64,000 nucleotides of DNA from Macrostomum lignano. Taxonomy: Eukaryota. Below are positions 1 through 25,507 of this stretch, one piece after another. A program made the position numbers and the translations under genes. Numbering within the stretch: position 1 is the first letter of the stretch; every line of letters begins with the position of its first letter. Location: NCBI GenBank assembly GCA_002269645.1, contig NIVC01000070.1, positions 62,001 through 126,000 on the forward strand, written 5' to 3'. The notes beneath the pieces were generated by a model. That model saw only the letters and a program-made list of their open reading frames with translations. It made no database searches and had not been told where the DNA came from.

Positions 1-75
1 GCCTTTCAACTCCTTGCTTGTCGACCGCTAAGAGACGAAATTTTCTCTGAAAAAAGGACACGGAAAAGAGGCACG

Positions 76-240
76 GTGACCCATCTGCTGACATTGTGAC
101 CCATCTGCTGACATTGTGACCCATCTGCTGACATTGTGACCCATCTGCTGACATTGTGACCCATCTGCTGACACAGTGACCCATCTGCTGACACTGTGAC
201 CCATTTGCTGACATTGTGACCCATCTGCTGACACAGTGAC
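76..240. repeat. 20-bp minisatellite (ccatctgctgacattgtgac)n, about 8 copies
   Basis: Direct tandem repeat; explains the repetitive ORFs 6..224 and 28..234. Confidence 0.95.
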
Positions 241-1006
241 TACAATCTATCTGATAGCACTGTAACTCGACTCATCTTGTGACAGTAAGCTCCCCAGAGC
301 ACTCTTAAATCAGACCATCACCTGTAGCTGACAGCGCACCGCATAACTCAAAAGCTGTCATCGCGTAAATAAAAAACTTTTTAACCGACGACGCGGTCAC
401 TCCTCGGCCAGGGCGCGGGAGCGAGCGCGAGCAGCCGAGGCGCTCTGGAACGGTGAATACAGGGATATGAATTCGACAATTCACAATCAAGATGCTCAGG
501 CGAAACATTCAAAAATCAATTACGAGTTGTCGCAACCAAAGAAGTCATAATCGATCAAGACACAACCCACTATGGCATTATCAATCACGAAGCCAAACGT
601 GAGAAGCCAAGACGAGACCCCTGGGCCAATTGTCGCACGCACAAGCTCCGGATGAATGTAGCCTTGCACGGGAATCGAACCCGGGTCGTGGTGCGAGCGT
701 TATATACATACACGAGTACCGGTATATCTCTTGGCTGCTCTGCACCCTAGACTGAGCTTTGGTTCCCCGACCCCAGCTACTCACAGCCGAGCTGGCAGTG
801 AGGTTGCTGCTGCTCTGCACCTAGACTGAGCTTTGGTTCCCCGACCCCAGCTACTCACAGCCGAGCTGGCAGTGAGGTTGCTGCTGCTCTGCACCTAGAC
901 TGAGCTTTGGTTCCCCGACCCCAGCTACTCACAGCCGAGCTGGCAGTGAGGTTGCTGCTGCTCTGCACCTAGACTGAGCTTTGGTTCCCCGACCCCAGCT
1001 ACTCAC

Positions 1007-11869
<10,863 letters not shown>

Positions 11870-12422
11870 TTTAGCTGAAATAAGTTTTGTTTCATAAATA
11901 ACATTTATTAATGGTTTGAAAATGTATATAAAGATCATTTAAAAGACTAACATGAAGATGTTGGACTTTAACTAGCTTCGAGACTCAATGCAATCAAGAG
12001 TATCTCTAAGTTCCTAACGTTGGAGATGTGAGCTACATGCCAAGGAAGGCTGACAATTATCAAGCTACCCTGTAAACAGAAAGTTTGTTCACTGTCTACC
12101 TTGGGCACATTGAACAACCGAGAATACCAAATATAAGATGACAGTCGACAGCTCTATTCCTGAGCAGGTACTCGCAAGTGGTTTCGAACGCAGGTACTCA
12201 CTCAGAGTTTACTGAGTACAGCGGCTCCGACATGATCAGACTGACCCTCATGGGCAAAAATCACACAACGAACCACGAACCTATTTTTGAGCAAGAGCCC
12301 TAAATTATTGTGCATAGCGTGCAAAATCGAACCCCCAGGTAGCTACTTCAGCGCGGGTTAGATGCTTTTCAACTGAGTTACTCAGAGCCTCGACATAGCA
12401 ACAACAATAAGCTCAAACTTAC

Positions 12423-12478
12423 CAACAGTCAAGTGGCGAGTGAAAGATTTCTAATTTAAAAAGTTCTATCGAAACGGA
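12423..12478 (-). other. Putative non-coding 5' exon of Mhc
   Basis: Strong donor TTG|gtaagt at 12422; polypyrimidine tract + AG acceptors at 12479 and 12494; the ATG exon has its own acceptor (tttcag|ctaaaATG). Confidence 0.4.
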
Positions 12479-12665
12479 CTAGAAAAGAATGCTCTAAAGA
12501 AAAAGAAAAAACTGAAGCTCCTTGCTCGTCTCTCTCAGTGTGTGCTTTGCGGGGGCAAAGTGTTCCTCGGGAAGCTGCCGCGGCTTTTTGTGGCCCCACC
12601 GACAAACATCCGGCATTGAATCAGCCAACCCTGATCCGGCGCAGCAGCCACCATTGGCAGCATGA

Positions 12666-12675
12666 CCAAATATGG
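12666..12675. promoter_or_regulatory. CArG box (CCAAATATGG), candidate SRF site upstream of Mhc
   Basis: Exact CC(A/T)6GG match about 0.8 kb upstream of the Mhc ATG; SRF control of muscle genes is established, function here is inferred. Confidence 0.4.
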
Positions 12676-13734
12676 TAATGGCTGGAAGGTGGAGTGAAAT
12701 CAGGCAAAGAGGGATCGCATCTTGGAGTGGCCAAAATTCGGGCCAGAGCTTCGGATTCATCGATTTTCTACCTCCACTCCGAAAACCTTCGACCAACATT
12801 TGAGGCGAAAGCTTGTTTTGCGAGCGGGTTGGGGAGGCAGCGGTGTGTGTGTTTTCGCTGAGGGCGGCCAGCGATGAACCAGCAGCGATAAGGCCTGGGG
12901 AAGCTGCTTGCTGCTGCTGGTAGTGGATGAAGGCAAAATCGATAATCCTTCGGGCACTCATTCTTCTATTTCCCTCCCATCAAAAAACCGCTGCTGCAGG
13001 CTTCGCCCGGCAGGGAAACGGAGCGCCTCCTTCGTGCAGCAGTCATAAACAAGGGAGAAAGGCGCACGAGAGGCCGACCGCGCAGTTTGCCTGCCACCCA
13101 CCCCCATTGCTCTTCGGGCTGATTCCGAAGCTAAAAAGGTGAAGGCCAGTCGGTGGTCCCGGCAGGCGGGCCCTCCCGCGCGGCCCGGTATGCCAACAAA
13201 ACCCTTTAATCTTTCCGAGCGCCCGCGCTGAGCCCCTCACCAACCGCCTATAATGTTTCCTCTCCTTCCCCTTGACATTTTCAAAGAAATGCCTTTCTGG
13301 CAGTTTGAAAGATTCCTCTTTCCTTCCCTAGCAGCCGGCAAGCCGCTACACACACAGCTACTGGGCCCCACTAATTGGATCCGGTTAGCACGGGCTTCCT
13401 CCATCATCCCTCTGACACTGTCGAGTGCCTTTTCTACAGTCGAATCTTGCCATCCCAGGCCTCTGCTGCCCCGCAACTTCAGCGGCAAAGCAGCATCACT
13501 AAGATATTTCTACGCTCAATGTTTTGATCCTAACTAGACTGAAGTCTGTCTGGGAAGTTTTCCTTTAAAGTAAAGTCTACGAGCTGTGATTTTTTTTATC
13601 GTTTTCAAGGGTTCAAATAAAAGTTGAGTCAAATTAAACCTAAAATGCAAGCCGTTTATTTGAATGGTGGTTCCATATCGAGGTGAACGCGTTTAGACTG
13701 GCAGTGACTGTAGAATAATCTAAAATTCACTGCA

Positions 13735-13880
13735 AGCTATTGTCACTGCAGGCTATTGTCACTGTAGGCTATTGTCACTGCAGACTGTTGTCACTGCAGA
13801 CTATTGTCACTGCAGACTATTGTCACTGCAGACTATTGTCACTGCAGGCTATTGTCACTGCAGACTTTTGTCACTGCAGA
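13735..13880. repeat. 16-bp minisatellite (ctattgtcactgcaga)n
   Basis: Direct tandem repeat. Confidence 0.93.
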
Positions 13881-14563
13881 CTAGTTTATGAAACTGGGAT
13901 TTCGGACGATTCTGCACAGACATTGCCAGTCTAATAGTGGCATTTGACAAAGGAACTGTTACATTTCGGACAATGGCAGCATCTCCCTTTTATATTGAAC
14001 CTAATTAATTATTAATCATGCTGTAACTTCTGAAATTACTGGTTATAAAATTCAATTTTTCAACTTCTTACTTGATATAACGAACTGATTGAACAAGTTC
14101 GTTTTTTTCAGTTTTGGATCAATCAAGCCGTGAACAGCGAATAGCCAGAGGTGATTGGTGAATCATCGTCCGAATGAATAAGTTAAGTAAGGTTACATAC
14201 ATATGGGTATAATTTTGCTTTCAATACTAGCGCCATCATTAGTTGATAACCAACGTTATTCGAATCCATAATCTGACAATTCAGTAAAGTGGTTGAAATT
14301 ATGGTCTGAATCGTATTCCCCAGTATGTAGGTTCCTCTGGACAGGTTGATGCCATAAATGTTAGGTCAATCCTCCTCATGACTCATCAGGATAGGTGATT
14401 ATGGGGAAGTGGTCAAATCTGGTTTCTGCCAAAGCAGAGACCCGCATAAAAGTTAATTGAAGGTCAACGCAAGATAAAAAATTGTAGTTAGTAATTTCGT
14501 TAACTTCAGATCAAACTTGCTCTGACTTCAATCTGCTTGGGCAAGCAGCAACAACGACCCAAG

Positions 14564-14863
14564 TCAGACACCGTCCGACTCCGGCTTGATCGAATTCAGC
14601 AGCTGCGCATTGCATTCGCGCATTCGTTGAGCCAGTTCGGCGAAGGTGCGCAGGTACTCCTGCCTCCTCTGCGGCACAGAGGCGATCAGCTCCGCCAGGG
14701 TCATCTGCATCCGCATTAGGCGCAACTTTCGACGCAACAGGCGCAGCGCAGCTTGTCTGCGATTGCGAATCAGCACGGCGCAGAAGAATTGCACAGCGAC
14801 GAGCATGAAGATCGTGGCGAATGTTGCCAAAGTTAACAGCAGTGGCAGCTGGTGGTCTTTCAT
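14564..14863 (-). CDS. Hypothetical 99-aa single-pass membrane protein
   Basis: GC-rich ORF in AT-rich flanks; hydrophobic LLLTLATFATIFMLVAVQFFCAVLI followed by basic RNRR and a helical tail. No family recognised. Confidence 0.4.
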   Translation of the reverse strand: MKDHQLPLLLTLATFATIFMLVAVQFFCAVLIRNRRQAALRLLRRKLRLMRMQMTLAELIASVPQRRQEYLRTFAELAQRMRECNAQLLNSIKPESDGV

Positions 14864-16399
14864 TCGCGATCCAGATTGGGCGTTTTAAAACAGTAATGTT
14901 ATATAGCATCCTTCAGGTCAAGTTGATCCTAGGCTTATTAAAATCGTTCTGACATAATAACAAACCTAAACTTATAGAGAATCGATTTGTCTATGTTAAA
15001 AAAAATCCCAAACAACTCAGCATTTAAAAGACTAAGGGAGGGACTTCTAAATATAGCCTTACAGATTTATATACAGATGCTATATACAGAAGTCCTTTAC
15101 AAAGGACCTTGAAGCCCCGACAAAGTAAGCCTGTCTCTTACTAAAATACAATTCACTCTGCCTGTTCGCCTTGTCTGTATTCCATTGTGATAAGACTTGC
15201 GGAAGTTATGAATAGCTCATCTCCGCTACCATAGACAACGGAATTCTAGCGCCAGTTTATCTCCGGCGGAGAAATTAATCTCCGCTCCCTATAATATAGT
15301 TCCATCACGGCTCACAGATAAAATCTAAGAACATACGAGTCAGCAGGTCAGCAGGTCGCAAACAGTGGATGATGTGGCCTGCCACTTTGAGTCGCCGACG
15401 GAGCAACAATGTCGCTTTGCCGACGCACAGCCATCAAGTGCCGCACTAGTGACTCGTTCATCGACAATCTTGAAGGCGGCGCGCCGCAGGTCAGTTTGCG
15501 CAGCGTCAACCTGCTTGACATGTTGCAGGACGGTCTCGACCATGCCCATGGCTTGAAACAACGCGACCCTCCCTGCGGTCAGGCACGACAGATGCCCTTG
15601 CACGACAGGAACCAGACCGACAAGCAAGACGAACTGCTGATATTGCGGAAGTTCCATTGCCTCTACGTCTGTTCCTACGCAACTACGTAATATGCATTCG
15701 GGAAGTTTAGCAAATCCCTTCGTGGCTGAATACTTCCAGAAACTAAACGAATCATTTTCAAGCATTTCAAGCATGAATGAATCATGGCTAATGTAGAAAC
15801 ATTTTATTGCAGAAAATATCGCTCATAAGTCGTAAAACACCCCCTCTCCCAGTGTTTTCTTCCTTTTACGAGTATTACGTCTGTGGGCTTTGCAACCACT
15901 GCCTAACCAGTTTGCCTTCTAGCTGACATCCCGGCAGAGAAGCAAACCCTCGGCAAAGCCGGTTGTTGCGGAGAAGGAAGAATGCTTTTGTCAGACCCAG
16001 TACAGCCTAAATAATCCTCTATCGCTCTATCGGGAAAGCCTATCTTCATTGCTACGCTAGAAAACGCGCAGTCATTCGTCAAAAATTGGTATTATCCGCA
16101 TTCTGCGCGCCTCGCTATCTGCTTTGCGTCCCCAACAGTCTCTACTAGGATCGCCAGCGCAATTCATTTAACTTTCCGCTTTCTCCTCTGTTGTTCAGCC
16201 TTCAACTGCGCAGTTTGATGGAACCAAAGCAGCTGTGGGCGAATCAGGAGAATTGCTGCAACTGTAGCAGAAATCGAGACCTTAAATTGTTTACGGTAGA
16301 GGGTTGGGGAATTTTCCGTCGGATAAAATAGTGCTTGTAGACCAGGTTGTCAAAGTACTCAGTGCAACTCTAACTGTGGCTCCAATAACAACCAAATTG

Positions 16400-16980
16400 C
16401 TGCTTCTGACACCACAGTGACGCTAAAAATTACGCTTTAAAAATGACCCAAAGCGGCTCTTCTGTCACTACAGTGACTCTTCTGACACCACAGTGACTCT
16501 TCTGACACCACAGTGGCTCTTCTGACACCACAGTGACTCTTCTGACACTACAGTGACTCTTCTGACACCAAAGTGACTCTTCTGACACCAAAGTGACTCT
16601 TCTGACACTACAGTGACTCTTCTGACACCATAGTGACTCTTTTATCACCATAGTGACTCTTCTGACACCATAGTGACTCTTTTATCACCATAGTGACTCT
16701 TCTGACACCAAAGTGACTCTTTTATCACCATAGTGACTCTTCTGACACCAAAGTGACTCTTTTATCACCACAGTGGCTCTTCTGAAACCAAAGTGACTCT
16801 TTTATCACCACAGTGGCTCTTCTGAAACCAAAGTGACTCTTTTATCACCATAGTGACTCTTCTGAAACCAAAGTGACTCTTTTATCACCATAGTGACTCT
16901 TCTGACACCAAAGTGACTCTTTTGACATCACAGTGACTCTTTTATCACCGCAGTGACTCTTCTGACACCACAGTGACGCC
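16400..16980. repeat. 20-bp minisatellite (gtgactcttctgacaccaca)n
   Basis: Direct tandem repeat with variants. Confidence 0.95.
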
Positions 16981-17859
16981 TAAAGTGACATTTCTCAGAG
17001 TGACATCACAGAGATTAAAAACGGAATTCGTGAAATTACGATTCAGAAAACAAAGTTCAAAACTGTTAACAGCTACAAAATATTGAGAGCAGTCAGAATC
17101 ATGAGCTTGTTAAGTTAAAAAACTAGTTTACTACTTATGAGCTATAAGCAGTAGTAATTGCAAGCCTAATTTTAAATAAGAATAAAATAGTACGTGTATG
17201 TTACTCTTCCCTGTTGATTTGGTTTATAAACTGTAGAAGAGCAGTCTACAGTAACTGCAGAGTATATCCTTATATTTCTCTTTAATGCTCTAGATCCGAT
17301 GTAAGCTATACTCCGCTCACTCTGCCTGGTACTTTTAGGTCTCCCTTAGCAACGGAAACAGTTGCGACAATAAAAAAGCGAGCATCCAGCTGCAGTTGAG
17401 CGGTCCCGCACTGGTAATTAATTATCTTCCCTCAGTTGCTAGACGACTTTAAAAATCACGTGAAAATCCTGCCCGACAAGGAATAAACAGTCTACTCCAC
17501 AGCGTACCTGGCTGTACAATTGTACTCTCAAACGATCCCTGTACACCGAAGTTCCCTTTTCTCTCCCTAGGCGTACAATCGTGCTCACTATGCTCAGTCA
17601 TTCATTCAGCCTCCTCCCGTGAGCAGCTTTTCTCTTCTAAATGGGTAGGCAAAAAGCAAAGCAGTAAACTCACTTTTTACCCCGTCAAACCCGGATGGTT
17701 TCTGAGAGTGAGGTTATTTTTAACGATGTTTTTGGCAAAAATTTATTGTTCGTGCGAGCCATATGAGTTTGAAGACTGACTAATCCAACAATACATGTAG
17801 CTTTTTACCCGCACTGCCGGTTTCCGTAGCTGTAAACCTACTTGTCTGGCTCGGACTCC

Positions 17860-18140
17860 CGCTCTAACCCCTGGTCGGGGGTTCGACTCCCGATCTTAAC
17901 TGAAACGATTTGTGTCCCTAAGCAAGACACTTAACTCTGCATTGCTTCAGTTCACCCAGCTATAAAATGGGTGCCAGCATTAGCTGTGGTGTAATTGAGG
18001 GTGTGTGTGGCGACCTCCCAGTCCTTGGACTGAACAGCCTTATGCAGCTTTCAGATGCGCTGTGCAATAGCTCTGGCTGAGCTGTCGGTTGCACATCTGC
18101 CCTGCATTAAGGCAGGTGTAATCAATTATTATATTATTAT
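17860..18140 (+). mobile_element. tRNA-derived CORE-type SINE (family A)
   Basis: B-box GGTTCGACTCC, CORE-like gtgtccctaagcaagacacttaactc...cacccagctataaaatggg, ATT-rich tail; homologous to the split copy at 34600-34801 plus 41089-41207. Confidence 0.75.
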
Positions 18141-18259
18141 TGTTGTTCTTGGCTCACTGGCGTCCCCATTGATTTTATGGTTGGGGCCGACAAAGCCAAG
18201 AATTCAACATGTACATGACTAAATTCCTACATTTCCACTGTTTTTTGAGAATCGTATTG

Positions 18260-18540
18260 TCAGCGCTCATTTTGGTGCCACAGGCACTCATTTTGGCGCC
18301 GCAAACACTCCTTTAGGGCGGCGCAGGCACTCTTGTTGGCGCCGCAGGCATTCCTTTTAGCGCCGCAGGCACTCCTTTTGGCGCCGCAGGCACTCATTTT
18401 GGCGCTGCAGGCACTCATTTTGGCACCGCAAGCATTCCTTTTAGAGCCGCAGTCACGCCTTTTGGCGCCACAGGCACTCATTTGGGCGCCACAGGCACTC
18501 ATTTGGGCGCCACAGGCACTCCTTTGGGCGCCAAATGTGC
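18260..18540 (-). repeat. 21-bp minisatellite (tgcctgcggcgccaaaatgag)n
   Basis: Same unit family as inside the TIR element at 56768-57328 and at about 54025-54060. Confidence 0.9.
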
Positions 18541-19799
18541 TATATTTTGGCGCTCTAAAGAAAAATGATTGATTACCACAATGAGTCACAAGGTGAGGTG
18601 GGTGGGACAAGGCATTGGCTCGTAATAATGTACTAATAATCATATTCGCAGGAGGATTTACGGGCACCCTGGCGCAAATACTTCGGTGACATCGTCTTAT
18701 AACTAGCGCTGAGGCCATTTCGCTGACTTCTGAGAACATATAAGAGCACCAATACTGAACGCAGTCATGCACTCATACACAGGCTTACACAGGGTGTACA
18801 GCGACCCTGATTTTCTAATAGGTCAGACATGCACATTCTGTGTACCCTGGGTGTTGTCCTTGAAAAATTGTTCTACGTAAAATTGTAAAATTGTAAATTT
18901 TGTTCTACGGAAGCATTTCTCGCCATTAAATCGTGTAGCCCATTGCTGCTATATCTGCATAAAATCTGCTGTCAGCTGGCTTAGCAAAAAATTAGGCTGT
19001 TTCTATATTTGGGTTCCTATAATTGTACAAGCAATTTGATTGAAGGCAACGCATTTGCATTTTTGTTAGCTAACTTGTCCACTATGTCTTCTGGATTGGA
19101 GTTGCCTGTCGGCTAAGATTTCTCATTCAAATCTCTTTCTTTCTGGAATACTGAAGATTTCCGTTGCAGCAAACTTTATCTTTAATTTTATTAGAAGTTG
19201 TTTTGTTCCAGTTTTCTGACATAAAAATGAATAAAACAGCCGTTAATTTGTCTCAATAGAAGTTTACCGCAGACTGCAGACTTCATCTGAACAAGTTTGC
19301 AAAGCGAAAAGCGTTATAAAACCGAACGCTCTCACAGAAAGTTGCCTCTCTGGGAAAGTATTTGACGCGTTTATTGTGGTGATAATTTACAAGCCAAGTT
19401 TCAGTAAAGGAAACTCACCGAGAGCAATGGGACAGTGGGACGCTCTCAAATAGCTTTGAGTTACTTGATGCTTTTTTCTACCATGCGTTATTTAGCTGAG
19501 CTGGACAAAAATAGCTTTATTGTTGTGTGAATTTGTACTGTTTGATTCAGCCCACAGTAAATACCTAAGCGAGAAAAACATTGAAAAAGAGCACAGCACA
19601 TTCATGTATGAAAATATGAAAGTAGAATATGTCAAATCAAATAAACTTTATGACATCAATATACTTCTCTGTAGGAGATGAGACGAGAAAATACATGTAT
19701 CAGCGTGCGAAATGATGTACAGTATCTGCTTTTTGTCTTCGATTCGTTAAGTAGAAGTTTATCCGGCAAGCAACATGAGCTCGTATTGCGATTTGCGAT

Positions 19800-20453
19800 T
19801 TATCTCAAAAGCCACATGCCGGAAAAAGAGATTCCAGTTAGCAGGGTTGGTGACATCACACCTGCAATTTGCAAGCAGCGCTTTAGTTACAGAACTCAGC
19901 GCTCAAGTCGCTGAGTAACCAATTCTACTTACTTAATCCGGGAACCGCTGTCGAGTTTTGGTTCGATAGACGAGCAGTTTCCAAATGGCAACGGGTTCCT
20001 GCATTTATTCAATCGATTTTTAAGACCAATTTTCTACTAAACAGAGGAAGTGCTACTGTTTCAGATATATTACCTGTATAACGGCCTGTACAGCTACAGG
20101 TAAAGTACGGATCGGTGTACGCCAGAGTGCAGGTGCCGCCATTCTGGCACACAGGCAGCTCAGTGATGCCCTTGTCAGGCTGCAGGGTGAAGCAGTAGTC
20201 TGCAGCTGATTCGCAGTACGGTGCAATGTAGGGCAGCGGGCAGAGGCAGGGTGGACTGTTTGTGAAGTTGTTGCAGGTGCCGCCGTTGTAGCAGGTGACT
20301 GTTGAGCAGTTCACAGCCTCAGTTTGAGCTGAAACGAGGTTGTTTAAAGACTGAAGTTCTTACAAGATTTCCTGCAAACCTTTATTGTTGACGATTTCTG
20401 GGACTCTGTCACTCACCTATTAGTGACAGTAGAATGCAAGCCATTGCCATCAT
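19800..20453 (-). CDS. EGF-EGF cluster gene g1: signal peptide, 2 EGF-like domains, short stalk, GPI-anchor-like C-terminus
   Basis: Exons 20453-20417 (MMAMACILLSLI), 20328-20074 (EGF-EGF), 19998-19933 (GTRC...VPGL), 19861-19800 (SVMSPTLLTGISFSGMWLLR*); all GT-AG, phase 1. Confidence 0.78.
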
Positions 20454-21368
20454 TGATGCTTCTCCGCGCAAAGAGTGACTCACGTATCCTTTACTGTGTA
20501 AACCGTACTTGTTGTCCTTCTCAGTGAATACTCGCACACTGAACCTTTTGTATTTGGAATTCTGCGATATTAGCAGCATCCTTCACGTAAAAGTAGGTAG
20601 CTAAGCAAGCGTTCTTTTAATTACTGCTATTGAATATTTCAAGATCCTTCTTTAGGATTCTGATTGAGAAGCACTGATTTATTTCCCAGCTTAGCTGTCT
20701 CCTTCTCTCTAGTGTACTTTCTTACCTTGACTTCTTCTTACCCTTATCAACTCTCTCACTGCACTTCAATGGTGCGTTCATTTGGTCATTCAGCCAACAC
20801 TTCATTTCACTTCGTCTCTTCTCTCCTCTCCCCACAGTGCACACTTCGCACTCAGTGCTTCTTTGATCCAAAACTTCCTTCTTTTCATGCTCACATTCGC
20901 CCCAATCTATCCCGGGAAACAACACCAGAGAATGAACATTGATACCTGAGTAGAGCTATTCTAGATCTACATAGAATTATGCAACATTTGAAATAATGTT
21001 TAATGCATGTAAATATTTCAGTTCTGTGACTATGCCTTGTATCCTGCACTTTCTGTCCAAAACAAGTAGCAACGAATGCAAAAAAGTGCTCGACTTAAAA
21101 TGAGAAACGCGATCCGTTTATTCAGTTGAATACAAGCGCAGAAAAACAACAAAATTAGTTTAGGTCTACAGTGTAAACAGACAAAAGCATTTTAGAGGCT
21201 TACTCATAACTTTATCTGACAAGTTGGCTAAAAAGGTCAGAAGATCATAATCAAATTTACCGCACAAATTTTGCACTATAAAATGCTGGATTTCGAATCC
21301 AGACCCAAATATGCAGTAGATAAGAACTTGAAAGTTTATTAATTTAGGTACATCTGTCTGAAACATTC

Positions 21369-22780
21369 TCAAGATACTTTAAAGGCTTTGGTACACCAAG
21401 CGATGCCGTCCACTTTGACAATCAGCCCATCAAACTTGTGGTAATTATCACAGCCGATGTCGATACTCTGAAATAGAGGGTTTGAATTCAAAACTGTTTC
21501 AATGTTAAGAGAATCGATGTTATCAATGGTTCGATCAGTTTTCTTAAATCTGTGGTATTTTTTAAATCCCAAAAGCAGAACACCTGCACTTTATGAGGAT
21601 ACAACCAATTAAACAGATCTTGATTACAAAACGCAAAAAATGCGAGATCGCTTCTCACCTTATAGCAGCAGCTGATTTCAAAACTGCCAATTCCAAATAG
21701 TAAATGCTAGTACAACCTGAGCAGCAGAACGAATGTCGCACCGATAGCCACTGTTTGCCGACACAAATCTGAGGAAGTTCAGGAGTGTTCGGAATTTCTT
21801 AATCGAGCTAACCAGTTTTAATTTGCACCAATAAATTTTTTCAACTCTATTCGTTTTAAGTCCACCTACACCCTGCAGCATTAACACGGTTAGATCAAGG
21901 CATTTTAAAAACCTTTTCTTTACGGCCTACATAAAGACTAAAAAGATTTTATTTCAAAATCATAAATAGTAATCCCACCGGTTGCAGTGTCGGCAGCATT
22001 TTCTAAGTCTAGTTCTGTCGTTGTTGGTAGTGCAGTCTCAGTTGTAGCAGTCGATGTCGGTGCCGTTATCCCAGCTGTAGCAGTTGATGTTGGTACTGAT
22101 GTCCCAGCTGTAGCAGTCGATGTCGGTGCCGTTGTCCCAGCTGTAGCAGTCGATGTCGGTGCTGATGTCCCAGCTGTAGCAGTCGATGTCTGTGCTGATG
22201 TCCCAGCTGTAGCAGTCGATGTCGGTGCTGATGTCGATTGACTCGAAGTAGTGTCATCAGAGGTTGTCACGGTTTCGTTGCAACGATTTCCTGAAAAATT
22301 CGTTCATAAAAAATTTGCATTAGAATGAAACATTTGCTAATATTTCAACCTAACTAATACAAACCTGTGTACTCAGGTGGGCAGGTGCAATTGAAATAGG
22401 GATCAGTATAGGTCAGAGTGCAGTTGCCGTCATTCAGGCACACAGGCAGCTCAGTGATGCCCTTGTCAGGCTGCAGGGTGAAGCAGTAGTCTGCAGCTGA
22501 TTCGCAGTACGGTGCGATGTAGGGCAGCGGGCAGAGGCAGGGTGGACTGTCTGTGAAGTTGTTGCAGGTGCCGCCGTTGTAGCAGGTGACTGTTGAGCAG
22601 TTCGCAGCTTGTGATGGCGCTGCGAATGAATTAGTAAGAAAATAGAGTCTTACAAATAAGGCTGAATGGTTGCATGAATAAATGTACTAATTAATAAAAT
22701 CGCAGCAGAATCTGAACATGCTTACCAGCTAAATATAGAAAAAGTAGACATACTTTAGTCCCATTGGAAACAGTGGACAT
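21369..22780 (-). CDS. EGF-EGF cluster gene g2: signal peptide, 2 EGF, Thr-rich stalk (33-bp repeats), TM, cytoplasmic tail with NPLF
   Basis: Exons 22780-22726, 22619-22365, 22290-21979, 21768-21717, 21588-21369. TM VAIGATFVLLLSAGVLLLGF followed by KKYHRFKK. The last two exons are less certain. Confidence 0.72.
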
Positions 22781-23223
22781 AACTGACTTGACTCGTATTG
22801 TCCAGAGAATAGCAATTGAAAACGCAGGAACTTTGTTATAACCAGAAAACACAAGCTATTTGGAATCGCTTAAAATGAAATCCGGATATCTATATGTACT
22901 GTTTTAGTGTACTGGTAGCTACACGATTTTTCATCTCTTTTGGTTATTGGCTACAGTCTGGTTTTGCGCGTTAATCCTGTATAAAACGGAAAGCATTCAA
23001 TGCGCATGTCTTACTGGCTTGAGTAGTAAATCAATACATAAAACAATAGAGATCAGATGCAATGAAAATAGAATGTCTTGCCGAATTTCGGATTTTTAGA
23101 AAATGGTAAAAAAAGCATCTAGCGCGTGTGCTTAGTAGCCAATTGGTGATACGAACGCAGATCATGTACTAGATCAAATCACGGGAGTCCATCGAGCAAG
23201 TTGCTATTAGAGCTTGAAGCAAA

Positions 23224-25073
<1,850 letters not shown>

Positions 25074-25464
25074 GCTTTACATGTACTACCAGTTTTTACC
25101 CTAGATATTTTTCATAAAGGAACAAACGTTGGTACGTCGTTATGTTTTGGCGGAATGGGTACGAAAAAATTGAAATAAAGCTCGTTAAATTCTCAACCAA
25201 CTCTACCTTACTTTCCTAATCTCGTTTACTATTTTTCTCTATTTCTTATATTGTGGCATCCTTCTTAAAAAATAGACGTTTTGTCAATAGACACTTCATC
25301 CTGAGTCACACTGTACGTGCCGTTCTAAAATTGTGCTTGATGCTGTCTATTATTACAGACTGCTCCATGAACTCTCTGCTGGCTCCGCATTGGATGAGCA
25401 ATAAACTAACAGGCTATTTTATCTTTTCTTTGCTGCGCAGCTGTACTTTAGCAGCGTTGATGCT

Positions 25465-25466
<2 letters not shown>

Positions 25467-25505
<39 letters not shown>
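25467..25505. repeat. (GA)n microsatellite
   Basis: Direct. Confidence 0.95.

Positions 25506-25507
<2 letters not shown>

Noticed and set aside
76-240. Regular short repeats as possible CRISPR arrays
   Set aside because: Head-to-tail tandem units without unique spacers, in a eukaryotic context, with no cas genes.
640-700. tRNA-like B-box segments at about 670, 12330 and 49165 as tRNA genes
   Set aside because: No complete cloverleaf; probably decayed SINE heads.
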